Shown piece by piece: positions 7,611 through 15,435 of a DNA stretch of 32,000 nt. The position numbers and the translations under genes were made by a program. This DNA is from Thermosulfurimonas dismutans (GTDB lineage: Bacteria; Desulfobacterota; Thermodesulfobacteria; Thermodesulfobacteriales; Thermodesulfobacteriaceae), in NCBI RefSeq assembly GCF_001652585.1, contig NZ_LWLG01000005.1, positions 1-32,000 on the forward strand, read 5' to 3'. Under the pieces are notes generated by a model. That model ran no database searches and had not been told where the DNA came from. It saw only the letters and a list, made by a program, of their open reading frames with translations. Position 1 is the first letter of the stretch; each line of letters opens with the position of its first letter.

Positions 7611-8609
7611 TTATAAATTACCACGCACGGCCCAGACATAGAAATGTCGGCCATGCTTGAGGCCGATGCCGACCGCGCCCTTGGCAAGATACAGGGCCCA
7701 GGCCCAGAGGGGATCGTAAAAACTGGTGGTTGAGGACCAGTAGAACTCCCGCACCTCAAGGAAGGGATGATCCCGGAGAAGGGCAGGGGAATGGGTGGAG
7801 GCGTCCACCAGGCTCTCAAGCTCGTTGATATTGGGAAGCCGCCAGTCGGAAAATCCGGCAAACCGCTGGCGGTTAAGCTCCCTTACGACCTCAAAGGCCT
7901 CCTCCCAAGTGGTAAGTCCCCCGGCAAGATCGGCCCTCCGGGTCCAGTAAAGCCCAGTCAGACAATCAAGCACCGCCTCCCCTTTGACCTCAAACCGGGG
8001 GCTCGGCCAGGGGATTCCGGTCCGGAGTTCCCCGTCCTGGCCGGTTCCAGAACAGGGTATGAGCCGGCCTTTAGCGTCAAAACAGGCGGTCTGCCCGGTG
8101 GCAAAGAGTTTTCGGTTCTCACCCCTTACCGGCCAGACCAGGCGTTCGTCCTCCTTATGACTGTAGAACATGCGTCCACCGCCGAAGTGAATGTTCCAGG
8201 CGTAGCGGGGGTTTATGGCCGCCGTGGTGGAGGTCCAGTACCAGCCGTGAAAGACGTTTTCAAAGGGGTGATCCGGAGGAAGAACCGGATTTTTGGCCTG
8301 GAGAAAAACCAGACTGCGAAGCTCCCTGCGGTTAGGAAGTCGCCAGTCAGAAAAGCCCAAAAAACCTCCCCGGTTAAGTTCCTTTACTTTCTTTAGGGCT
8401 TCCTCCCAAGGCAGAGGAAACTCAAGGGGGTTGGCGTTTTTCGGCCAGATCAGCCCGCTCAGAAGATCATGAACCAGCTCGCCCTCAACCCTGAACCTTT
8501 GGGCCAGGGAGGCCCCTACCCGGAACTCGCCGTCCTGCCCAGTTCCGGGGCAAGGGATCTCCCGCCCCGAGGTGTCGTAACACTTATCCTGGCCGGTTGC
8601 GATGATCAC
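7611..8609 (-). CDS. Tandem-duplicated DUF1566 (Lcl C-terminal domain) protein with no signal peptide
   Basis: The product is 332 aa in two homologous halves. Each half begins TGQxxC(Y/F)DxxGRxIPCxGTGQDGE(F/L)RxG and contains FSDWRLPNxxELxSLV, the DUF1566 hallmark. The GTG start lies 3 nt after the ferredoxin stop. Confidence 0.7.
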   Translation of the reverse strand: MIIATGQDKCYDTSGREIPCPGTGQDGEFRVGASLAQRFRVEGELVHDLLSGLIWPKNANPLEFPLPWEEALKKVKELNRGGFLGFSDWRLPNRRELRSLVFLQAKNPVLPPDHPFENVFHGWYWTSTTAAINPRYAWNIHFGGGRMFYSHKEDERLVWPVRGENRKLFATGQTACFDAKGRLIPCSGTGQDGELRTGIPWPSPRFEVKGEAVLDCLTGLYWTRRADLAGGLTTWEEAFEVVRELNRQRFAGFSDWRLPNINELESLVDASTHSPALLRDHPFLEVREFYWSSTTSFYDPLWAWALYLAKGAVGIGLKHGRHFYVWAVRGNL

Positions 8610-8612
8610 ACT

Positions 8613-8801
8613 TTATTCTTCCCAAGAGATCGCACTCACCGGACAGCTGTCTATAGCTTCCTGACAATCGCAGGTATTGCAGGCCTCCTGATTCTTCACA
8701 TAGGACTTCTCGTTCTCGTCAAGTTCAAAGACCTTGGGACAGACCTCCACACAGGACCCGCAACCGATACAGAGTTCCTGATCTACTACTAATTTGGCCA
8801 T
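8613..8801 (-). CDS. fdx: Small monocluster ferredoxin
   Basis: The 62-aa product is MAKLVVDQELCIGCGSCVEVCPKVFELDENEKSYV...DSCPVSAISWEE. This matches the layout I recall for the Pyrococcus/Thermotoga/Desulfovibrio-type single-cluster ferredoxins (CxxCxxC...CP). Confidence 0.8.
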   Translation of the reverse strand: MAKLVVDQELCIGCGSCVEVCPKVFELDENEKSYVKNQEACNTCDCQEAIDSCPVSAISWEE

Positions 8802-8876
8802 CGTTTGCCTCCTTAATTTTTATTGTGGATCTACTTTTAGATTAATTCGCAAAAGTTGGTGGATCCTTGACGGAGG

Positions 8877-9167
8877 TCAAAAATGGGTCTTTCCGATAAC
8901 CTTTCCCTTATAGCCCCCAGCCCGGGAGATGGCCTCCAGGAGAGCCTCCTCGGAGATCTCATCTTTGGTTACCACCACGGCGATACGATTTTGGAGAGAA
9001 GTCTTAATCCATTTTACCCCCTTTACTTTTGAAAGAGACTTTTTAATGGCGATGGGACAGAGCTTGCAAGTCATACCTTCCACATCGATGACCCACACCC
9101 TAGTGGCCATGGCCTGAGAAACGAGGATGGCCAGGACTAAAAATACAGTCAAGCCTAAACTTTTCAT
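8877..9167 (-). CDS. Periplasmic heavy-metal-binding protein, MerP-like (signal peptide plus HMA domain)
   Basis: I trimmed track ORF 8877..9287 to MKSLGLTVFLVLAILVSQAMA..., whose ATG at 9167 follows AAGGAGG. A hydrophobic leader is followed by GMTCKLC. Confidence 0.75.
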   Translation of the reverse strand: MKSLGLTVFLVLAILVSQAMATRVWVIDVEGMTCKLCPIAIKKSLSKVKGVKWIKTSLQNRIAVVVTKDEISEEALLEAISRAGGYKGKVIGKTHF

Positions 9168-9187
9168 CTTTAGCCTCCTTTTGGGGT

Positions 9188-9556
9188 TTATTCGTAAATT
9201 TTGGCAATCATCCAAGGATAGACGGTGGCTACAATGAGGAGAATCAGGGCCGCCCATGTAATCACCTTGCTTACCCTGGAGGCCCATCCCGGCTCTTCAC
9301 AGGCACACCGGAAAACCTGCTTTTTTAGGATCTTCTCTTTAAACCAGTTTCTGAGGTGATAGATGCGATAAAAAGAAAAAGCTATGGCCGCATAGCCTAT
9401 GAGAAGAAAATAGGGACGGTAAGGTTCTAGTTTGGTCAGAAACTCTAATCCGCTTATCGAGACCCCAAAAACTACAAAAATAGTAGGAACCACGCAACAG
9501 GAAGCAGCTAATAAAGAAGCTATCCCTCCCAGCAAACCACTGATCGTGTCTCTCAT
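9188..9556 (-). CDS. merT: MerT-like metal transport membrane protein
   Basis: Three predicted TM helices are present. A vicinal Cys pair lies in TM1 (AASCCVVP) and a Cys pair lies in the TM2-TM3 loop (RCACEEP), which is the MerT layout. I prefer the start at the third codon of the track ORF (ATG at 9556, 6 nt after AAGGAG). Confidence 0.65.
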   Translation of the reverse strand: MRDTISGLLGGIASLLAASCCVVPTIFVVFGVSISGLEFLTKLEPYRPYFLLIGYAAIAFSFYRIYHLRNWFKEKILKKQVFRCACEEPGWASRVSKVITWAALILLIVATVYPWMIAKIYE

Positions 9557-9584
9557 GATCATCTCCTTTACGATGGTATTTGTT

Positions 9585-11825
9585 TTAAAACCAAAAATTT
9601 AAGCCCAGACCCCAGAAATACCCCGAATGCCAGAGAAGGCGAAAGTTTAGGCGCTTGGTAAGGACGTAGTTCAGAGACAGCTCGCCCTCCCAGAAGTCGC
9701 GGCTGTCGTATTCGGCCCGAGCCTCAAACTCAAGACGTGGAAGGAGGGGCAGGCGCTTCTCCATTCCCCAACGGTGTCCGCCATCGGTATCCATCCAAAA
9801 GAAGGCCCTGATGGAAACGGGCAGAAGATACTCCGCGCCCACAAGTCCCCTTAATTCCCTGCGGTCGGTCTTCAGGTAATCGGCCCCGACAAAGGCCTTG
9901 AAGAACCGGTTAAAGTAACGCTTTACGAAAAAAAGCCACTCCCAGTCCGTTTCGGGAACCCCTTCCCAGCCTACCTCCCAGTTGGCCACCAGATCGTAAC
10001 GGGTATTTGCAAGTTTGAGATAACCTTCGGTGAGATTGGTGGCCCAAAGGGCCTCGGCCCAGGCATACCAGTGATCTTTATAGAGATAGGGCCTTACGGC
10101 CTGAACCTCGGAAGGAGGAGTGTAGCTTTCGTAGTGCACCACCTTGGCCATGCCGCTTTCCAGATGATAAAGGATGTGACAGTGGAAGAACCAGTCTCCC
10201 ACCTCGCTGGCTGGAAACTCGATAACGGTGGTACTCATCGGGGCTACATCCACCGTGTGTTTCCAGGGGGCATAGGGCCCCTGACCGTTTATGACCCTAA
10301 AGAAGTGTCCGTGAAGATGCATGGGATGATGCATCATGGTGCGATTGATGAGCACGAAACGCACGATCTCGCCCTTCCGGATGCGAATGACATCGCTTTC
10401 GGAAAGGGGTTTTCCGCCCATAAACCACACATAACGCTCCATGTCTCCGTCTAGAGTAAGGCGGATAACCCGCACGGGTTTTTCGGGGGCAGGGGTGTAG
10501 GGCTTTAAGGCCCTGAGTTTGGCGTAAGGAGGCCAGGGCCTTCGGGAATCCATGCCCTCTACCGCAAGTTCCCCGGCGGAGGAAATATCCGGAGCCAGGG
10601 GTCTAAAGTCATAGGCGAACCTTTTGCCTTTCCGATCCTTCGGGTCCGCTGGCTGAATCATCGGCTCTTCTGAGGATCTCGTGGGAGATCCCATAGGAGC
10701 CTTCATGGCGTGGCCCATCATCCCGGGGCGATCGAACTTCCCGGCCCGAACGTCCTCATTGGACATGCCCATAACATCCTGGGGCTTAAGGGCCAGGAGG
10801 CTCTTGAGGGAGACCTTTCCCATGGTGTGATAAAGGTTGGGGGAGGGCATAGCCGGAACAAAGTGTTTTTCTCCCCGGCCAAACCACAAAGAGGCCCATC
10901 CGGAGTTGTCCTGGGCCGTGGCCCGGAACTCAAAGGCGCCCACCTCGGGCACCTTTATCAGGACATCGTAGGTCTCGGCGATTACGATGAGAAAACGCTT
11001 AAGTTTCACCGGCACTACATCCTGGCCGTCGGCGGATATCACCGTCATGGGACCGCCGGCGTACTCCACATAAAAGTTGGTCCCGGCCGCGGCGTTGATT
11101 ATGCGGAGCCTGATCGTCTCCCCGGGCTTTACTTTGAGAGAACTTTCCGGTTTTCCGTTTATCAAAAAGTAATCGTAAGCGATATCCGAAAGGTCCATGG
11201 GAGGCATCCGAAGAAGCTCCCGCTTGACAAAGTCCTTGAACATTCCGGCTTTGACGGCTCCTACGAGGCTCTGGGCATTACCCTTGGCCAGGGCATACCA
11301 CTCTCGCCCGGCCTTTAGAGTCCTCAAGACCTCTTTGGGGTCTTCGTAAGTCCAGTCCGAAAGAACAACCACATAGTCTTTGTCTGCCTTGACGCGGGGT
11401 TTTTTAGGTTCAATGACGATGGCACCGAAAACCCCGCGCTGTTCCTGGAGATCGGTGTGCGAGTGATACCAGTAGGTACCGGAGTGACGGATGGGGAACT
11501 CGTAGGTAAAGGTCTCGCCGGGTTTAATAGGGGGAAAACTCACATAGGGCACGCCGTCCATTCCCGGAGGCACCAAAACACCGTGCCAGTGAATGGAAGT
11601 CTCCTCGGTTATTAGATTTTTCACGTGTATTTTGGCCAGATCACCCTCCCGGAAATAAAGGATGGGGCCTGGTACCCGGCCATTTATGGTCATAGCCCTG
11701 ACCGTACGATCCCCTATAAAAATTTCTTTTTCCTCGATAACCAGGGTGTATTCCACCACCCGGGCGCTAGCGGAAGTAAAGAGGAGAAGAAGGATTATCC
11801 AGGACAAGCTCACTCTTTTAATCAC
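9585..11825 (-). CDS. Multicopper oxidase (CopA/PcoA/CueO type) with a C-terminal CopB/PcoB-like outer-membrane barrel extension
   Basis: The product is 746 aa with a signal peptide, MIKRVSLSWIILLLLFTSASA. Copper-site motifs are HWHG, WYHSH, HPMHLHGH and HCHILYHLESGM, and there is a Met-rich loop (GMMGHAMKAPMG). The last ~163 aa (roughly 9588-10076) have alternating aromatic/polar beta-strand character and end in NFWF. They resemble my recollection of the PcoB C-terminus (..EAEYD...LRLRYE...VRLWF). Confidence 0.8.
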   Translation of the reverse strand: MIKRVSLSWIILLLLFTSASARVVEYTLVIEEKEIFIGDRTVRAMTINGRVPGPILYFREGDLAKIHVKNLITEETSIHWHGVLVPPGMDGVPYVSFPPIKPGETFTYEFPIRHSGTYWYHSHTDLQEQRGVFGAIVIEPKKPRVKADKDYVVVLSDWTYEDPKEVLRTLKAGREWYALAKGNAQSLVGAVKAGMFKDFVKRELLRMPPMDLSDIAYDYFLINGKPESSLKVKPGETIRLRIINAAAGTNFYVEYAGGPMTVISADGQDVVPVKLKRFLIVIAETYDVLIKVPEVGAFEFRATAQDNSGWASLWFGRGEKHFVPAMPSPNLYHTMGKVSLKSLLALKPQDVMGMSNEDVRAGKFDRPGMMGHAMKAPMGSPTRSSEEPMIQPADPKDRKGKRFAYDFRPLAPDISSAGELAVEGMDSRRPWPPYAKLRALKPYTPAPEKPVRVIRLTLDGDMERYVWFMGGKPLSESDVIRIRKGEIVRFVLINRTMMHHPMHLHGHFFRVINGQGPYAPWKHTVDVAPMSTTVIEFPASEVGDWFFHCHILYHLESGMAKVVHYESYTPPSEVQAVRPYLYKDHWYAWAEALWATNLTEGYLKLANTRYDLVANWEVGWEGVPETDWEWLFFVKRYFNRFFKAFVGADYLKTDRRELRGLVGAEYLLPVSIRAFFWMDTDGGHRWGMEKRLPLLPRLEFEARAEYDSRDFWEGELSLNYVLTKRLNFRLLWHSGYFWGLGLNFWF

Positions 11826-11835
11826 GGTCTTGCTC

Positions 11836-13935
11836 TTAAACCCTTAAGAGTTTGGCGTTGATGGCCACGATAATGGTACTGAGGGACATGAAAAGGGCCC
11901 CTATAGCCGGGCTCAAAAGGAGACCGTATTTGTAAAGGACTCCTGCGGCCAGAGGGATAGCAAAGGCGTTGTATCCCGTAGCCCAGATGAGGTTTTGAAC
12001 CATCTTCCGATAGGTGGCCCGGGAAAGCTCCAAGATGGCCACCACATCCAGGGGATTGCTGCGCACCAGGATCACATCCGCCGTCTCCACAGCCACATCC
12101 GTTCCGGCTCCGATGGCGATACCCACATCCGCCTGGGCGAGGGCCGGGGCATCGTTTACCCCGTCTCCGGTCATGGCCACCGTAAACCCCTGGGCCTGGA
12201 TCTCCTTTACCTTCTTGGCCTTTTCATGAGGGAGGACCTCGGCGATATAGTCGTCAAGCCCGAGTTCTTCGGCCACCCATTTGGCCACCTGCCGGTTGTC
12301 CCCGGTGAGCATGAGGCATCTTATGCCCCGGGCCTTAAGTCTGGCCAGGGCTTCCCTGGATTCCTCCCGAATCAGGTCCGCTAGGGCAATGGCCCCACGG
12401 AGCTTGCCGTCGATCAAAACGAAGACCACTGTCTTCCCTTGGGAAAAAAGTTTTTCAATTCTCTCGTCCGAAGGGCGGAGGCGTTTTTCCCGCAGGTATC
12501 CGGGACTGACCACCATGACCTTCCGGCCCTCAACGCGCCCCACGGCTCCCTTTCCCGGAATGGCCCGAAAATTCTTAACCGCGGGGATCTCTCCTTTCAC
12601 CGCCGAAACTATTCCTCGGGCAATGGGATGTTCGGAGTTGGTTTCCACGGCGGCCGCAAGGGTTAGGATCTCCTCCGGTTTAAAAGCCTCGTCCAGGCTT
12701 ACAACATCCGTCACTCCGAATTCGCCTTTGGTGAGGGTTCCGGTCTTATCAAAGATCACGGCGTTTACCAGACGGGCCCTTTCAAAGGCGGCCCGGTTTC
12801 TTATGAGAAGACCGCGCTTTGCGGCCAGGGCCGTTGAAACCGCAATCACCAGAGGCACCGCCAGCCCCAGGGCGTGAGGACAGGTAATGACCATGACCGT
12901 GACCGTGCGCTCCAGGGCAAAGGCAATATCCTTGCGGAAAAACAGAAACCAGACGACGAAGGTGAGCGAACCCGCGGAAAGGGCTATGATGGTCAACCAA
13001 AGGGCGGCCCGGTTGGCCAGATCCTGCGTGCGGGATTTGCTCTCCTGGGCCTCCTTGACTAGTTTTACCACCTGAGAGAGGAAGGATTCGTCGCCGATCC
13101 GGCGGATCTCGACCACCAGAGAGCCCTCTCCGTTTATGGCCCCTCCGATGACCTCATCTCCGGCTTTTTTGTAAACCGGCTTGGATTCCCCGGTGAGCAT
13201 GGCCTCGTTTACCGAACTCTCCCCGGAAACCACCATCCCGTCGGCCGGTATCTTCTCTCCCGGCTTTACCAGCACCCGGTCCCCGGGCCTTAAAGCACTG
13301 ATGGGGATCTCCTCAGTGGTCCCGTCGGGTAAAAGACGATGGGCCGAGGAGGGCATGAGCTTGGCGAGCTCTTCAAGAGCCCTTGAGGCCCCCATCACGC
13401 TTTTCATCTCCAGCCAGTGGCCGAGAAGCATAATGTCTATCAGGGTGGCCAGTTCCCAGAAAAACATCTTTCCCGGGAGACCTAAAACCACGAGGGTGCT
13501 ATAGCCGTAGGCCACCATGATGGCGAGTGCAATGAGGGTCATCATCCCGGGCCGAAGGCCCTTAAGCTCCTGAATAAAACCTCTAAGGAAGGGGTAGCCC
13601 CCGTAAAAAAAGATCCCGGAGGCCAGGAGGAAAAGAAGGTAGGTTTGACCGGGAAAGACAATCTTACCGTAGAACCCGAGGACCTTCTGGATAAGGGGAG
13701 AGAGGAGAAGAACCGGAATGGTCAGAAGGAGACAGACCCAAAATCTTCTCCTGAAGTCCGCCACCATGTGGGCATGGTGATCCTCATGCCCACCATGCCC
13801 CGAAATATGAGTTTCGTGTCTATGTTCGGAGCGATCGTTACCGCCTTGATGATCGTGCCGAAGGTGATGCTCACCGTGACGGTGGTCGTGCTCGTGAGCG
13901 TCGGAGTGAGATTTATGGGATAAGTGAGATTCCAT
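11836..13935 (-). CDS. copB: His-rich-N-terminus P1B-3 (CopB-type, CPH motif) copper ATPase
   Basis: The product is 699 aa. The N-terminal ~55 aa are dominated by His ([23 protein letters not shown]...). Other motifs are TGES, the TM motif [23 protein letters not shown] and GDGVNDAP. Confidence 0.88.
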   Translation of the reverse strand: MESHLSHKSHSDAHEHDHRHGEHHLRHDHQGGNDRSEHRHETHISGHGGHEDHHAHMVADFRRRFWVCLLLTIPVLLLSPLIQKVLGFYGKIVFPGQTYLLFLLASGIFFYGGYPFLRGFIQELKGLRPGMMTLIALAIMVAYGYSTLVVLGLPGKMFFWELATLIDIMLLGHWLEMKSVMGASRALEELAKLMPSSAHRLLPDGTTEEIPISALRPGDRVLVKPGEKIPADGMVVSGESSVNEAMLTGESKPVYKKAGDEVIGGAINGEGSLVVEIRRIGDESFLSQVVKLVKEAQESKSRTQDLANRAALWLTIIALSAGSLTFVVWFLFFRKDIAFALERTVTVMVITCPHALGLAVPLVIAVSTALAAKRGLLIRNRAAFERARLVNAVIFDKTGTLTKGEFGVTDVVSLDEAFKPEEILTLAAAVETNSEHPIARGIVSAVKGEIPAVKNFRAIPGKGAVGRVEGRKVMVVSPGYLREKRLRPSDERIEKLFSQGKTVVFVLIDGKLRGAIALADLIREESREALARLKARGIRCLMLTGDNRQVAKWVAEELGLDDYIAEVLPHEKAKKVKEIQAQGFTVAMTGDGVNDAPALAQADVGIAIGAGTDVAVETADVILVRSNPLDVVAILELSRATYRKMVQNLIWATGYNAFAIPLAAGVLYKYGLLLSPAIGALFMSLSTIIVAINAKLLRV

Positions 13936-13948
13936 TTTTAATCATGTT

Positions 13949-14332
13949 TTAATCATGTTTCTTTGAGTCCATATGTCTCATCTTCATCTCCATTTCCATC
14001 ATCTTTTGATGGAATCTTTGCATCTCTTTAGGATCCATATCTCCCTTTTCCATCATCTCCGCCATCTTTTCCATCTGTTCCGCCATTTCGCGCATCATAC
14101 TGGCCATTTCTCGCATATCCTTAGGTCCGCATTTCTTGCGCATCATTTTGGACATATGCTCCATCATGTCGCCACATTTCCTCATCATCATTCCATAATC
14201 TTTGGAAGATTTGGAATGCATCCTCGGCTTCATCATGTGTTCCTTTTCCGCCCGAACAGCAGAAATAGTCCCTACCCCTAAAACCAAAGCCAAACCCAAC
14301 AATAATACTTTAGCTCCAATTTTTCTTAACAT
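13949..14332 (-). CDS. Secreted methionine-rich protein (putative periplasmic Cu(I) binder)
   Basis: The product is 127 aa with a signal peptide ending AVRA. By hand count, 28 of about 99 mature residues are Met, in MM, MxM and MxxM arrays, with several His and two KCG motifs. It is the first gene of the cluster, 13 nt upstream of the CopB-type ATPase. Confidence 0.6.
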   Translation of the reverse strand: MLRKIGAKVLLLGLALVLGVGTISAVRAEKEHMMKPRMHSKSSKDYGMMMRKCGDMMEHMSKMMRKKCGPKDMREMASMMREMAEQMEKMAEMMEKGDMDPKEMQRFHQKMMEMEMKMRHMDSKKHD

Positions 14333-14362
14333 TTTTTTTATCCTTTCAAAGAATTTTTTTAC

Positions 14363-14391
14363 AGGATATAAATTTAAATGATTTCTGTCAA
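14363..14391 (-). promoter_or_regulatory. Candidate sigma-70-type promoter of the copper cluster
   Basis: The minus strand reads TTGACA (14391-14386), a 17-nt spacer, then TATCCT (14368-14363), followed by GAAAGGA and the ATG at 14332. The -35 element lies inside the last codons of the upstream MetE-like gene, and the spacer contains the palindrome ATTTAAAT. Confidence 0.35.
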
Positions 14392-15435
14392 TCTCTTTAG
14401 ATCTTTAAGGGATTTTAAGGTCAACTCCTGAGATAGGGTGCCCATGCCGCAGGAGGGGGTCAGAAGGGAATGGGATAAAAGATATTCCTCGGAAAGGCCC
14501 GTACGGAGGGAGAGCTCTTTTAAAAGATCGCGGAACCTTTCGGCCAGGGATTCCGGTGTTTCTTTCTCCAGATCTTCCGATTTTAGGGTGGGTACCAGCC
14601 CCCAGGCCACTAGGCCTCCTTTTTCTAGAAAAGACTTTAATTCTTTGTCATAAGTTATGAACTTTTCGTAAAAACCATAAGCGTCAAAATTAATGATATC
14701 CGTGGGGCTGTCGGTGAGGAGGCTCCAGTCGGTGTTTCCGCAGACATGCACCCCGGCAAGGCCCCCTTCCTTGTGAACCTCTGCGATGACCTCGGAGAGA
14801 ACGGCTAAAACCTCCTCGCGGGAGACCCCCATAAAGGCCGAAGAACCGAAACCGGAGAGGGCCGGCTCATCGAAAAAGATGATCACCGAAGGGGAAAGCT
14901 CCTTGAGTTTTCGGACCTGCCAGCGGGCTTTGAGAGCCACTAGTTTTACTACCAGGTCTCTTAGTTCGAGATCATAAAAGACGGCCTTACCATCCGGGGT
15001 CTTGAGGCCCACCGCCAGGGTAAAAGGCCCGGTGATCTGGCCCTTTACCGCTGGAAGAGGAGCCTTCTCCGAAGCTTTTTCAATAAGCACAAAAAGACCG
15101 GGGGCCTCCGCAGGGGTGAGCTTGAAGCGGGTGTTCTCAAGGTCCTCTCCAGATTCGGTGACCGCCAGATACTCTTCGTAAAACGAAAGCCTTTCGGTCT
15201 CAAAATCCGGAACTCCGGGATCAATGATGAGTCTTTCGGGATCAAATCCGGGAAGACCGCTAGAAAACTGGACCAGCATACCTTCCCGGGGATAGGTAGG
15301 AAGCTGGGGCCAGCACGGAATCTTTGGTATGTATTCCAGGATCAGCTCCACAGCCTCCTCGTGGCTTTTCAGGGGAAAACTTCCGATAAGGGTAGCCTTG
15401 CCTGAAAGCTCAATTACATTTTGGTTGTAGCTCAC
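14374..15435 (-). CDS. Catalytic-domain-only MetE-like (cobalamin-independent methionine synthase family) methyltransferase
   Basis: The product is 353 aa, roughly half the length of MetE. The HVCGN motif (H-x-C) and the later PSCGMG motif match the MetE zinc-ligand motifs (HMC... and PDCG in E. coli, as I recall them). The GTG start lies 6 nt after GGAGGGG. Confidence 0.6.
   Translation of the reverse strand: MSYNQNVIELSGKATLIGSFPLKSHEEAVELILEYIPKIPCWPQLPTYPREGMLVQFSSGLPGFDPERLIIDPGVPDFETERLSFYEEYLAVTESGEDLENTRFKLTPAEAPGLFVLIEKASEKAPLPAVKGQITGPFTLAVGLKTPDGKAVFYDLELRDLVVKLVALKARWQVRKLKELSPSVIIFFDEPALSGFGSSAFMGVSREEVLAVLSEVIAEVHKEGGLAGVHVCGNTDWSLLTDSPTDIINFDAYGFYEKFITYDKELKSFLEKGGLVAWGLVPTLKSEDLEKETPESLAERFRDLLKELSLRTGLSEEYLLSHSLLTPSCGMGTLSQELTLKSLKDLKRLTEII

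Noticed and set aside
7376-7861. The 161-aa track ORF (and similarly 8877..9287 and 3904..4347) as full-length genes
   Set aside because: The N-terminal extensions overlap the neighbouring gene in another frame and lack an RBS. Internal ATGs preceded by GGAGG-type sites give canonical CopZ (69 aa), MerP-like (96 aa) and ferredoxin products.
13936-13957. An 11-bp tandem duplication, TTTTAATCATG x2, between the Met-rich gene stop and the ATPase start
   Set aside because: It is real in the sequence but tiny. It is most simply a slippage duplication of the stop/start junction (the second copy contains the TAA stop). I see no evidence of function.
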